Origin: a virus | Direction: 5' to 3' (one strand) | IMG/VR virus record: IMGVR_UViG_3300025133_000032 | Length of the DNA: 64,000 nucleotides | Shown here: positions 9,670 to 19,718 of the stretch, one piece after another | How the letters are laid out: every line of letters begins with the position of its first letter | Numbering within the stretch: the first letter of the stretch is position 1 | Translations under genes and position numbers: made by a program | The notes under the pieces: model-generated | Seen by the model: only the letters and a program-made list of their open reading frames with translations | What the model was told of the DNA's origin: nothing | Databases searched by the model: none

Positions 9670-10343
9670 ATTACTTTATCACTCCATGAGCTTTTTTTAG
9701 CTCTTTTAGTATTTGCGAGGACGATTTTATCAACATGAGCACAAACTTCAAGAAAAATATCCTCGACGCTTTTCTGCATGCAATCGATAATGATATAATC
9801 ATCCCCCTTACCCTTGAATATCTCTATGTAACTGTCTCTTACCTGATTAAGAAATGTAGCGTTTTTTTCGTACTCATCACGACGATCAGGGCGACGCTTA
9901 AAACTCTCTTCGACTGTGATATCAAGAAAAATGTTTAAATCGGCCTTAGGCAAATTTCTTTGCAATTTTATTAACCAAGATTCATCAAGTCCGAGTGCTT
10001 TCCCGTATGCAATCGATGATGCATTATACCTGTCAGCAATAAAAGCCTTACGTTGATCTTTCGCCCAAGCGCCATCTGGAAGACATTCCATCTTATTTGC
10101 AAGATGACAACATTGAAATACTTTCTCTTCTAAAAAGGGGATTGGCGAGTCAGACCGTGAAGTCTCTTGTACTTTCCAGCCGCCCTGTAGATAATCAGCT
10201 ATAACCTCGCCAGTAGGCGACTCATATCTTGGAAAGTCAAACTTATGTACATCGTATATGTTAAGATTGCTAAAATGTCTAAACAACATAGATGATTGTG
10301 TGTTTTTTCCGCTGGCGTCGATGCCTTCAAATGCAATTAACAT
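9666..10343 (-). CDS. tmk: Thymidylate kinase
   Basis: IAFEGIDASGKNTQ, FPRY, DRY..SSIAYG. Confidence 0.9.
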   Translation of the reverse strand: MLIAFEGIDASGKNTQSSMLFRHFSNLNIYDVHKFDFPRYESPTGEVIADYLQGGWKVQETSRSDSPIPFLEEKVFQCCHLANKMECLPDGAWAKDQRKAFIADRYNASSIAYGKALGLDESWLIKLQRNLPKADLNIFLDITVEESFKRRPDRRDEYEKNATFLNQVRDSYIEIFKGKGDDYIIIDCMQKSVEDIFLEVCAHVDKIVLANTKRAKKSSWSDKVI

Positions 10344-10348
10344 TAATA

Positions 10349-10377
10349 ATTTTACATATTAATGTTAATTTGTTCAA
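10349..10377 (-). promoter_or_regulatory. Sigma70-like promoter for tmk
   Basis: TTGAAC-N17-TAAAAT, 5 nt before ATG. Confidence 0.65.
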
Positions 10378-10835
10378 GATAGTTTTCTTACTGAATCATC
10401 AACGGCGGCAATTAATGACTCAAGTGATCTTCCGCCGGCCTTAATACTGAGTTTTACAGCAATTTTTTCAAAACTGTCTTTGACTCTATTTGCGTCTGCG
10501 ATCTTTGCTGCCATTGCTACCTCACGCAGCTTTAGAGCACTTAACTCGCTGGTTCTTGCCTTAAGATTGGCAATAGCAGAATCGAGAACAAATTCTAGTG
10601 ACTCGATTTTTGCCAATGCTGTACTATTTTCTTTAGCATATTCGATTTTTTCTCGTAACATAACATTTTCGCGATCAACTTCCCGAAGGAAATTAACTTC
10701 GCTAGTTAATTCTGCGTTGATACAGCGTAATTCATCATTTTTTTCTTTGAGAACGTAAAGTTCTTTCTCTAATGCTTCTAATCCCGCAATCAAGCCTGCT
10801 GCGTCTTCGATTAAGCCGGTTATTCTATTTTCCAT
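10374..10835 (-). CDS. Coiled-coil hypothetical protein
   Basis: Heptad-rich ORF in operon. Confidence 0.6.
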   Translation of the reverse strand: MENRITGLIEDAAGLIAGLEALEKELYVLKEKNDELRCINAELTSEVNFLREVDRENVMLREKIEYAKENSTALAKIESLEFVLDSAIANLKARTSELSALKLREVAMAAKIADANRVKDSFEKIAVKLSIKAGGRSLESLIAAVDDSVRKLS

Positions 10836-11334
10836 TTTTGTCTTCCCTATTGTAATCTGCGTGATAATATCTGATGCAACCTAATCGTTCATCAGGGTGT
10901 GCTACGTTAGATTTGTTATATGACTTAAGGTAGCTATCTATATCAAGCTTCACAGCCTCTGCGCTTGTTTCTCTTATTATGTCTGGAACGTATGTTACAT
11001 CAATAATATCAACAATACCAAGTGCGAGTGCTTCTTCATAAATCCCTTTCCCGCCAATGAACCAAATATCTCCGATGGCAGCAGCCATGGCCTCTGGAAT
11101 GCTCTTGAATGTCTCAACGCCGGTAATATTATTCGATGATACTACCAAGTTTCTTCTGCCTGCTAATGGCCTGAATTTGGTTGGGATTGAGTTCCATGTG
11201 TTTCTGCCCATTATCACCGTCGTGCCGAGTGTTACTTCTTTAAACCTCTTAAAGTCAAGTGGATAATACCATGGGATGTTGCCATTTAGCCCAATAATAT
11301 TATTCTCTGATACGGCTACTATTAATCCCTTCAT
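10825..11334 (-). CDS. folA: Dihydrofolate reductase
   Basis: IG.NG.IPW...DF..FK..T....VIMGR.TW.S....RPL.GR.N; IGG. Confidence 0.95.
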   Translation of the reverse strand: MKGLIVAVSENNIIGLNGNIPWYYPLDFKRFKEVTLGTTVIMGRNTWNSIPTKFRPLAGRRNLVVSSNNITGVETFKSIPEAMAAAIGDIWFIGGKGIYEEALALGIVDIIDVTYVPDIIRETSAEAVKLDIDSYLKSYNKSNVAHPDERLGCIRYYHADYNREDKNGK

Positions 11335-11615
11335 TGTTTTCCCTTGCTTTTATGCTCTTCAGCTAGCGTTTCTTCGCTAACAGTCTCCCACTTACTCAAA
11401 GCTTCACTAATCTTCATTTCACCAGCAGGTGATCCGCGTTTAAAGCTACCGACAAATTGCCAGCCCAATATTTTCTTCTTTTTATTCGTAAGAATAAAAT
11501 ATGACGCCCCTGGGTATGCTTTTATCCAAGATCTCGGCCTGAGCCCTACATTCTTTTCTTTAGCTTCTTTTAATGCTTCTACAAAATTCATAAACCTTAA
11601 ATAACTATATAGCAA
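11331..11615 (-). CDS. Hypothetical protein (likely start MNFVEAL)
   Basis: ORF between thyA and folA. Confidence 0.55.
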   Translation of the reverse strand: MLYSYLRFMNFVEALKEAKEKNVGLRPRSWIKAYPGASYFILTNKKKKILGWQFVGSFKRGSPAGEMKISEALSKWETVSEETLAEEHKSKGKQ

Positions 11616-12558
11616 CTTTGAACTTTATAGCAGGTGCTGCCGTATAACCCTTAAGCTCAAACTTACTCAGTATTTGTGCTGTATCGGCCTTAAAAAGTTC
11701 TGCAATATCGTCAAGTGATTTTATATCATCGCTTATTTCAAGCGTAGGTAACTTCCCTGGTTGTCTAGTTAGCTGCTCTTCCAACCCTGGGACATGATCA
11801 TACTCAGCCATTGAGCCATCTTTCTTAGCCGTATAAATATGTGCATCGATTAGTGTATGTGCAAATATCCCCGGGCGAATACCAGTCAAATGCCCGATAA
11901 CAGACAAAATAAATGCATAACCAGCAATATTATAAGGGACACCCAAAGCGACGTCACATGACCTTTGCGTCAAGTGAAGATTCAGTGATAATGACAATCG
12001 ACATATACCACAATTCGTATAATCTGGTTCTAAATGCTTAGAGCATACACTCTCTTCATCTACCTGTACATTAAATGCAAACAAGCAATGGCATGGGGGT
12101 AATTTGCTTGTTTGAGCGTTTCCTGGATCCCAGGCAGAAACAACAAGTCGCCTACTCATGGGATTTTTCTTTATCTCATTTATGACATATGAAATTTGAT
12201 CATTAAACCCGGGTGTTGGTATACCCTCAAATAAAGAGTGCTTTTTGTGAACTGGAAAATGCCTCCAATAATTCCCGTAAGCGGAAGGGACGAAGCCTGC
12301 ATCATCTGCCCAGGGGTCCCAAAATTTGCAACCGTGTTTTTTGAGCAAGCCGATATGCTTATCACCAGACAAAAACCACAAATTTTCTACTACTATATTC
12401 TTCCAGCTGATCTTTTTAGTAGTCAGCAACGGGAACCCCTCTGCCAAGTCTATTTCATAATTAATGTTAAACGTCGATAATGTATCAACGCCAGTTCTAT
12501 TAGACTTTCTTTTTCCCTTTGTTAAAACTTCTTTTACTGTTTCAAGATATTGTCGCAT
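11605..12558 (-). CDS. thyA: Thymidylate synthase
   Basis: RTGV.T, FPLLTTK, SRR, LPPCH, QRSCD..LGVPYNIA.Y, DAHIY. Confidence 0.97.
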   Translation of the reverse strand: MRQYLETVKEVLTKGKRKSNRTGVDTLSTFNINYEIDLAEGFPLLTTKKISWKNIVVENLWFLSGDKHIGLLKKHGCKFWDPWADDAGFVPSAYGNYWRHFPVHKKHSLFEGIPTPGFNDQISYVINEIKKNPMSRRLVVSAWDPGNAQTSKLPPCHCLFAFNVQVDEESVCSKHLEPDYTNCGICRLSLSLNLHLTQRSCDVALGVPYNIAGYAFILSVIGHLTGIRPGIFAHTLIDAHIYTAKKDGSMAEYDHVPGLEEQLTRQPGKLPTLEISDDIKSLDDIAELFKADTAQILSKFELKGYTAAPAIKFKVAI

Positions 12559-12593
12559 ATTGATATTATATATGATATTGCTAATTTGATTAT

Positions 12594-12899
12594 TTATTGT
12601 AACTCTGCGATGATATTGATTAATACATCACCGTGACAAGCCTTGGGTTTACAGAAACACCCCAAAATTTTGCCGTCTAATTCCTTAAGTCTACGTTTAA
12701 ACTCATCATCGAACGTAATTCTTGCTCTTACATATTGTTCATAGCATGCAAGTGTGTCGCCTTTATCATGGATGTGATCACAAACAAAGCACACTACACC
12801 GGGCGTTACAGGATTGCCGAAATATCCATCTTTGTTTTTGCCAGGCCTGCCAATATAGACATCATACTCGTCTTTATAAAGATTTACTATACTGGCCAC
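12594..12899 (-). CDS. DUF4326-like protein
   Basis: YDVYIGRPG....FGNP...L.GK.LGCFCKP..CHGDVL. Confidence 0.8.
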   Translation of the reverse strand: MASIVNLYKDEYDVYIGRPGKNKDGYFGNPVTPGVVCFVCDHIHDKGDTLACYEQYVRARITFDDEFKRRLKELDGKILGCFCKPKACHGDVLINIIAELQ

Positions 12900-12939
12900 T
12901 TATCACCTTATAGCGGGTCTTAAAATTTTTTGTCATTAT

Positions 12940-13266
12940 TTAATCTCGATCATAGTTGTGATCATCATAACTCACAAACTCCCCAAAAGCAAAATCATTT
13001 CCAGGGTCTACACCATTACGCCAAGGTTTAACATCAAAATCTTGTCCCTCGCAAATTTCGTCTGCGCTATTTTTTACAGGATTATAATTTTCTCTTTTAG
13101 ATGCGCCAGTTAAAACATTCGCCAAATGTTCAAGTTCTAACACATCTTTTGGATACATGCTTACTTTAAAGTCACGAGCACATTCCATGCACCATTCCAG
13201 TGTATGGTTTTCTTTAATTATTTTGAGTTTATCTTTTGCTATTTTTTTTCTGTGGGCCCATGCCAT
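12940..13266 (-). CDS. Hypothetical protein
   Basis: ORF with clear upstream -35/-10. Confidence 0.6.
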   Translation of the reverse strand: MAWAHRKKIAKDKLKIIKENHTLEWCMECARDFKVSMYPKDVLELEHLANVLTGASKRENYNPVKNSADEICEGQDFDVKPWRNGVDPGNDFAFGEFVSYDDHNYDRD

Positions 13267-13271
13267 ATTTC

Positions 13272-13300
13272 ATTATAACACATATAAGAAGCTTTTGCAC
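13272..13300 (-). promoter_or_regulatory. Sigma70-like promoter
   Basis: GTGCAA-N17-TATAAT, 5 nt before ATG. Confidence 0.6.
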
Positions 13301-13314
13301 AATATTAATTGTGA

Positions 13315-14427
13315 TTATTTCAACTGGCGTTTTTGTATTATACGGCCGGCAGCTCTTCTTATGCCTTCGTCTTTATCCTTTGCAAGAATTCTCAAAATTT
13401 CGATTGGTGTGGCAGGATTTGAAATTACAGCGTACCTTATACCTGCATATTCGTCTTTTGCAAGAATTCTCAAGGCGTCAGCAGGTGTATTTATTCTGTA
13501 TGCTATGTCTTCTCTTGTTACGAAATTTGGACTTTTTGATAATTTTATTACATTGTCGTTAAATACTTTTTCCATGTATGCCGTAACTTCCTGTGTTGAA
13601 TTCATCTTTTTATACTTTATTGATTCAAGAAAATAAGCTAAAGCATCGGGTCTAAAACCTTTAATAAGTTTCTTAAATCTGGGTACTGACGTCATTGCTT
13701 TCTTTACGTCTCTCAATGCTGGATGCTCTTTAATCTTTTTTGCATGATTATTAATTGCATCTTGTATGTCCATACTTTCTTCGTCAAAAACTTCTTGAAA
13801 ATCAAAAGCTTTATTATCTTGATTAACAGTTGTTTCGTTAGGCTTCGATGGCCGCACTTTTCCGTTTACTGTTCCTATCGACCACTTTCTTTTTTCATCA
13901 TGTTTGTCTAAAACATAAAAAAGAGTAACTTCGTCATCTATAATATTTCTATAGAATAGATTTTCGCCCTTAGTTCTTGCTGTACACCAGGTTGTGCCTC
14001 TTCCAAGTGCACAAGAAGCGTCCAAGCTTCTTGGCATTAAAACGACAAAGTTTTCTGATTCATAGACTTTGTCTACATCACCGCTTGCTGCCTCAAAGTC
14101 TATCTTAGAGCCATCAGGAAGCTCTTCAAGTTTCCGGTGCAAATCGCCGGGGGTCTTATAGATATTAATATCTGCGTCCCTACCTGTCAATTTCTTTCTA
14201 TTTTTAGCAGAGTCGAATGAAATAATGAGGGGTGAAATGTCTCTTAAGGGTTCTTGGCTTGATTGCGAAACTTTCTCTAGCCACATAAGATATTGCTTAT
14301 GTTTAGCTTGTGGAAGAACTTGAAGCTTTTCTAAAACCTCATCCCACTCCTCAGGTTGCCTGCTAGACTTTTCTTTAATGTCGTCAATGACACTCTCTTG
14401 CAAAAGGTGGCCGATGAAGCACCTCAA
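13315..14427 (-). CDS. WCTA/LRV-repeat protein (family copy 2, about 2 repeats); homology extends upstream to about 14487 without an ATG
   Basis: Core highly similar to 6692..8053; upstream in-frame IYIKVKQLREVISNHLTESDLR matches the family leader. Confidence 0.75.
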   Translation of the reverse strand: MRCFIGHLLQESVIDDIKEKSSRQPEEWDEVLEKLQVLPQAKHKQYLMWLEKVSQSSQEPLRDISPLIISFDSAKNRKKLTGRDADINIYKTPGDLHRKLEELPDGSKIDFEAASGDVDKVYESENFVVLMPRSLDASCALGRGTTWCTARTKGENLFYRNIIDDEVTLFYVLDKHDEKRKWSIGTVNGKVRPSKPNETTVNQDNKAFDFQEVFDEESMDIQDAINNHAKKIKEHPALRDVKKAMTSVPRFKKLIKGFRPDALAYFLESIKYKKMNSTQEVTAYMEKVFNDNVIKLSKSPNFVTREDIAYRINTPADALRILAKDEYAGIRYAVISNPATPIEILRILAKDKDEGIRRAAGRIIQKRQLK

Positions 14428-14508
14428 ATCACTTTCCGTAAGATGGTTTGAGATGACTTCTCTAAGTTGCTTAACTTTAATATAGATATTGACTAGTCTG
14501 CGTTTAAA

Positions 14509-16977
14509 CTATCCACAAGATTGCCAGCCGCAGGCAACACATAGAGGACAGCCTTCCTGATATGCAAATTTTGTTGCTGAGCATTGTGGGCAAGTCTTTA
14601 CAAGATTAGTTTCAGTGCCATCTTTTATATACGACTTCAACACTCTTGAAATACACTTTACAAAAGAAAACATATCTGCTTCTTTATCTTTCTGCAATTG
14701 TTCAACAACATACTGCATATTCGCACCATGACGCAAAGATAATGATATTAAACGTGTTGTTGATGAATAGTTCGGGTTATCAAATGACTCAGCAATATTC
14801 TTGATGAGAATAACATCATCACCCGTACCAATCTGCAAATCGTAAATAGAGTTCATAGTCTTTCTACTATTTTTAACTATGAACCCAGTATTATACTTTT
14901 TGGGAATTTCAACATACTTCGACAGGCCACCAAAAAGCTCATATGGCTTCTCTTTATAGAGACCAACTAAGACTGTCCACTCTTCGCCTCTGATTGTAAC
15001 ACGTTTGATATCACATGGAAGTTTTTCTGGGCGTTTTGGTGCACTATTATGTTTAAATGTGTCTGTAACATCATCTTTACTGACCAAAACACCAGTTCTT
15101 GAGCCATCTCTATAAATAGTTACTCCCTTGCATCCAGTTTCCCAACCTGCCATATAGATGTCTGCTGTTACATCAATGGGCGTATCTTTAGGAATGTTTG
15201 TCGTGTTACTAATTGAATGATCTACCCACTTCTGTGCTGCAGCTTGGACGTTTATCTTTGCCCTCCAATCAATATCATTTGATGTTGCCTTCCAGTAAGG
15301 TGATAAATTAACATCTTTTAGAGAATTCCCAGTAACTTCTGCCCATTTTGCATAACCATGATGAAAAACATCAAACTCCTGCCACTTGTCACCAAGCTCA
15401 TCAGTAAATGCTACTGGAGCATCTTGATCACTCTCAGAAATCTTTGCACGCCGGAGATAATTCAGCATGTACGCTGGTTCAACGCCTGAAGTGGTTTGCG
15501 TCATCAGTGATACTGTTCCACAAGGTGCTGTTGTATTACAAGCGATATTCCTGCGACCATACTTTTTCACAGAAGCTTCAAGTTCAGGATCAGCATCAAA
15601 AAGTTGCCTCAAGAATTCATGATTTTTCTCCAATTCATAGTCATGGATAGGAAAGGCACCACGTTCACTCGCAAGCGTCGAGGATGACTTGTAAGATGAC
15701 AAAGCAATAGCCTTATATATCTCACCGACCACAGAAATCGATGCATCAGAACCATACCTAAGATTCAATGACGCAAGTGTATCACCCAAAGCTGTAACGC
15801 CAAGTCCCGTCCTTCTGCCCTTAACAGCAAATGATTTAATAGAATACCATAAATCTAGTTCCTGCTGCTTTACCTGCATGGGTTCTGGATCAGCTTTAAT
15901 TTTTCTGATTATCTTATCGACGCATTCGATTTCCAGGTCAACCAAATCGTCCATGAGCCTTTGGGCTTTTTGTGTTACTTCATCAAACTTTTTAAAATCG
16001 AATGTAGCAGAATGTGTAAATGAGTTCTTTACAAATGAGAGAAGATTAATGACAATTAGCCTGCAAGAGTCATACGCCGATAGTATCACCTCCCCGCAAG
16101 GGTTCGTTGAGATAGACTTAAACCCGAAATCAGAATAAATATCTGCGGGTGAACGTCGAAGACAAGTATCCCAGAACAAAAGTCCAGGCTCAGCAAAATT
16201 ATGTGCTGCTTCTATCATTTCATCCCAGATCTCTTTTGCATCTACGTAAGAAGAAACCGTATGTGTAGCGTCCTTCTCGACAGGAAAGCGAAGCTGGACT
16301 TCCGTTTTGCATTTAACTGCAGTCATAAACTCATCAGAAAGTTTTATTGATATATTCGCACCAGTAACTTTCTTTAAATCATTTTTGATCTTAATGAAGT
16401 CCCTGATCTGCGGGTGGTGGCAGTCTATTGTAAGCATTAGTGCGCCACGGCGACCACCTTGAGCCACTTCCCTGCATGAATTCGAAAATCTTTCCATAAA
16501 GACCTCAATCCCATCAGTGGTAAGTGCAGCATTAGCTGTCCTCAGTCCTTTTGGCCTTATCGTAGAGATGTCAATGCCAACGCCACCTCGTCGCTTCATA
16601 ATCTGTACTTGCTCTTGATCAGCCTTTAGAATCCCTCCGTATGAATCATAAGGTTGCTCGATCACAAAACAATTCGATAAGGACTGCGTTTGATACTCAT
16701 TCCCTATCCCCGACATGGGGCTCCCTTGCGGGATGATATACTTAAAGTCTTTTAATAATGAGTAAATCTCATGCTCACTCATCGGGTTGGCATACTTTGC
16801 TTCGATTCTTGCAAATTCTCTAGCAAGGCGGTGATGCATATCATCTGGTGTATGTTCTAAAAGATTTCCGTTGGTGTCTTTTAAAGCATACTTACTAATA
16901 AATTTTTGTGCGGCAATCTCGTCGCCGCCAAAATACTCTAAAGACTTCTTTAGTGCAATGTCAAATACTGATGTCAT
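14509..16977 (-). CDS. nrdJ: Ribonucleotide reductase, probably class II (adenosylcobalamin-dependent), C-terminal Zn ribbon
   Basis: SLSNCFV, GGRRGA.M, TNPCGE, TAPCGT.S..TQTTSGVEP, GCKGVTIYRDGSR, C-terminal CxxC..EGC..CxxCG; no beta-subunit gene adjacent. Confidence 0.85.
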   Translation of the reverse strand: MTSVFDIALKKSLEYFGGDEIAAQKFISKYALKDTNGNLLEHTPDDMHHRLAREFARIEAKYANPMSEHEIYSLLKDFKYIIPQGSPMSGIGNEYQTQSLSNCFVIEQPYDSYGGILKADQEQVQIMKRRGGVGIDISTIRPKGLRTANAALTTDGIEVFMERFSNSCREVAQGGRRGALMLTIDCHHPQIRDFIKIKNDLKKVTGANISIKLSDEFMTAVKCKTEVQLRFPVEKDATHTVSSYVDAKEIWDEMIEAAHNFAEPGLLFWDTCLRRSPADIYSDFGFKSISTNPCGEVILSAYDSCRLIVINLLSFVKNSFTHSATFDFKKFDEVTQKAQRLMDDLVDLEIECVDKIIRKIKADPEPMQVKQQELDLWYSIKSFAVKGRRTGLGVTALGDTLASLNLRYGSDASISVVGEIYKAIALSSYKSSSTLASERGAFPIHDYELEKNHEFLRQLFDADPELEASVKKYGRRNIACNTTAPCGTVSLMTQTTSGVEPAYMLNYLRRAKISESDQDAPVAFTDELGDKWQEFDVFHHGYAKWAEVTGNSLKDVNLSPYWKATSNDIDWRAKINVQAAAQKWVDHSISNTTNIPKDTPIDVTADIYMAGWETGCKGVTIYRDGSRTGVLVSKDDVTDTFKHNSAPKRPEKLPCDIKRVTIRGEEWTVLVGLYKEKPYELFGGLSKYVEIPKKYNTGFIVKNSRKTMNSIYDLQIGTGDDVILIKNIAESFDNPNYSSTTRLISLSLRHGANMQYVVEQLQKDKEADMFSFVKCISRVLKSYIKDGTETNLVKTCPQCSATKFAYQEGCPLCVACGWQSCG

Positions 16978-16998
16978 TCTTATCCTGTAGTTTCTTCT

Positions 16999-18435
16999 TT
17001 ACGTGGCTTTTTGTAACCGAATATACTTTTCTTGAGCTACTTCATTCCACTTTTCTTTCATGGCTGTTTTTGCATCAGACTCATAGTTCTTAGTGTACTC
17101 ATCAAGATCAATATTACCATCTAGTATTTCCAACGAAGATTGGGCCGTATTAAGCTTAACAGGAAATACTATACCATCTTTTCCCAATCTGTTTTTAGCT
17201 ACGAACAAATTTCCCAAACCAGTAGATTTTGCCATCTGTTTTCTTGATAAAGTGACAACTAAGTCACAAACCATAGCTTTGGCAAATGACTCAGAGATTT
17301 TATCTAAGCCGACGACGTCTGAATCTGATGAATCTCGATTTGATTGTGATGCTGTCCAGATGGGAACGTTCAATTCCATTCCAAGACCACGAAGTTCTTC
17401 ATAAACAAGCTTTAGCTCATGGCGTAAGGAATCAAATTGCCTTGTCGATCTCATGATATCAGCATAATCAATAATGATGACATCAGGCTTAAAATTCTTC
17501 GTAATAGCTAACTTTTCGATGTGACTACGTAAAGTAAGAACTGATGCTGTACTAGTAGGATACTCCTTGATGATTAATCTGCCGAGGGGCGCGTCTTCCT
17601 CATATTTTTTGTATTCATTGAATACTAAATCTTTTGACTCTGGGACGTCAGTTGACGAAATCTTACAAAGGTTTGAATCGTACCTTATCGCAACGGCATG
17701 TTCTCTTAGCTCCATCGTGTAATGCAGCACATTTCTACCAGTACGAAGCGCATTTGCGCCCATTTGCACAAGAAAATGTGATTTACCGACGCCAGTTGGT
17801 GCCACGATAACCGCCAATTCACCTTTACCAAGGCCACCGTTAAGTATGTGTTTATCGTCGAGTTGCGCTAATCCAGTTGGAACGATAACCCTGTCTTCTC
17901 TAACAAACCGCGCCTCGATATCCTCAGCAAAGTCATACCCAGTAGAGTTTGGTGTTCCGACTGTAATTGCCTTCTTTACAACATCAACAATCGTCTCATA
18001 CTTCTCAGCCTGAATGAGGTCGACAGCTTGCTCTAGTGCATCCTTCAGAGCTTGATTTTTACAAAAATTTAATGATCTGTCTTTAACATACGGCAGATCA
18101 TGGATATCTGGATCAGACTTCATCCTCGTGATGTAGTTAACTACAGTATGGCACAAGACTGCATCTTTCCCCTCTTTCAGATCATCTTGAGCCATAGTGA
18201 CAAGAAGCTGTAGCGTTGGAAAGCACTTGTAGCGTGTGTGATAACCACTATATAGATCAAAAAGGTATTTCAAATAATCTTTCTCGAAGTATGAAGATTT
18301 CAATACTTCCATCATTTGTGATGCCCATGTCTCATCAGATAGCAGAGACTGCAGAATTTTTTCTTGAAAAGCCTTTCCAAAAGACGCAAATGAAACGTCG
18401 TCGTGTTCAATCATTAATTTTCTTATCCTTGTCAA
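16999..18435 (-). CDS. Replicative DnaB/gp41-like helicase
   Basis: APTGVGKS, HYTME, IIDYAD, WTASQSNR, KNRLG. Confidence 0.9.
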   Translation of the reverse strand: MTRIRKLMIEHDDVSFASFGKAFQEKILQSLLSDETWASQMMEVLKSSYFEKDYLKYLFDLYSGYHTRYKCFPTLQLLVTMAQDDLKEGKDAVLCHTVVNYITRMKSDPDIHDLPYVKDRSLNFCKNQALKDALEQAVDLIQAEKYETIVDVVKKAITVGTPNSTGYDFAEDIEARFVREDRVIVPTGLAQLDDKHILNGGLGKGELAVIVAPTGVGKSHFLVQMGANALRTGRNVLHYTMELREHAVAIRYDSNLCKISSTDVPESKDLVFNEYKKYEEDAPLGRLIIKEYPTSTASVLTLRSHIEKLAITKNFKPDVIIIDYADIMRSTRQFDSLRHELKLVYEELRGLGMELNVPIWTASQSNRDSSDSDVVGLDKISESFAKAMVCDLVVTLSRKQMAKSTGLGNLFVAKNRLGKDGIVFPVKLNTAQSSLEILDGNIDLDEYTKNYESDAKTAMKEKWNEVAQEKYIRLQKAT

Positions 18436-18440
18436 AAAGC

Positions 18441-19391
18441 TTATAATGTCATAAAAGAGGAGAAAAATGCTAATGCATCATATGTGCCTAGTCCCTCATC
18501 TATAAGTTTTCTCATAAGCTTCATTTTATTTTTCTTTGGTTCAAATGTATCAACCGCTGTATCAATTTTTCTAATCTGCACAGCAGCAAGGTTGCTTGCG
18601 TCTAAATACATAATCTTCCAATTCCGTTTGATTAAATTAATGTTGTCATTAATTCTAGAATATATTTTCAGACTCGTATGTATTTGATCTTTACTTTCAT
18701 TTATTATATCAAGAATGGTCATCTGCGTTTTCGATGAAAGAGCAGGAAATCTTTTGGCGAGTGTTTTGAACCCGACACCTTTGATGCCGGGAATATTATC
18801 TGACTGGTCACCATTAAACGTCTTTGCGACTGCAAAATTGTGAGGAGCGATGTTGTACTCTTTTAAAACTGCAGCTTCGTCTATTATAGTCTTTGTAGTC
18901 CAGGAAAATTGTGTTGTTTTTTCATCTATAAGTTGATAAAAATCTTTATCTGATGATGCGATAATTTTTGTATCGTACTTAAGAGTATTTTTGCACAAAT
19001 ATCCGATAACGTCATCTGCTTCACAGTCATCAATATAAATTTGACAAACGGGTGCAAACTTCAAAGTATCTAGTAAAACTTTGATCTGGTAAATTCTGTT
19101 TTCGGGTGTGTCTGGGATATCACCTTCGTAATATCTGTTAAGGCGGGGAGGTTTGCGGTTACTTTTGTAATCTGGGAAAATATCTCGGCGTCGTTTGGAG
19201 CCGCCACCTTCCCAGATTACAAATATTTTACTCGGGAGATAATGCGATGATAAATACTTTATCGCATTTAAAAATCCAACAATACCACCGGCTTGAACGC
19301 CATTGGCCGTCATTGCAGGATTACAGATGTAATGTCTGCAAAAGCAATTCATCGCATCGACGATTAATATGGGACCATTATTACTTGACAC
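18441..19391 (-). CDS. 5'-3' exonuclease/flap endonuclease (T4 RNase H-like)
   Basis: VDAMN, YK.NR, EADDVIG, SSDKDF.QL, GD.SDNIPG.KG.G. Confidence 0.92.
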   Translation of the reverse strand: MSSNNGPILIVDAMNCFCRHYICNPAMTANGVQAGGIVGFLNAIKYLSSHYLPSKIFVIWEGGGSKRRRDIFPDYKSNRKPPRLNRYYEGDIPDTPENRIYQIKVLLDTLKFAPVCQIYIDDCEADDVIGYLCKNTLKYDTKIIASSDKDFYQLIDEKTTQFSWTTKTIIDEAAVLKEYNIAPHNFAVAKTFNGDQSDNIPGIKGVGFKTLAKRFPALSSKTQMTILDIINESKDQIHTSLKIYSRINDNINLIKRNWKIMYLDASNLAAVQIRKIDTAVDTFEPKKNKMKLMRKLIDEGLGTYDALAFFSSFMTL

Positions 19392-19438
19392 ATATTAATT
19401 ATCCTGCGCAAGGCAGAAATTGTATAAATTATGTTAAA

Positions 19439-19636
19439 CTATGTGCTTGTTGCAGAAGCCGTTGTCAACCTTTTGCGTAGCTTATCTATCAGAGCATCTT
19501 TCTCTTTCGCTTGCTCGTTTAGTAAGTCGATTAACTTTTGTTTCTCGACGTCAGATGCTATATGCATATTATTCGCTGATTGCAAAAGTGCAATGTATGC
19601 TGATGTCCCTAAATCTAGTTTCGTTGCTATTCCCAT
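19439..19636 (-). CDS. Small hypothetical protein
   Basis: Short ORF with upstream GGA, coiled-coil character. Confidence 0.45.
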   Translation of the reverse strand: MGIATKLDLGTSAYIALLQSANNMHIASDVEKQKLIDLLNEQAKEKDALIDKLRKRLTTASATST

Positions 19637-19718
19637 TAATTTTTCCTATTATGATAAATCTATAAAATGTGATTTATACATAAATTATATAACATTTTGT
19701 TATTTTTTACACAATTGT

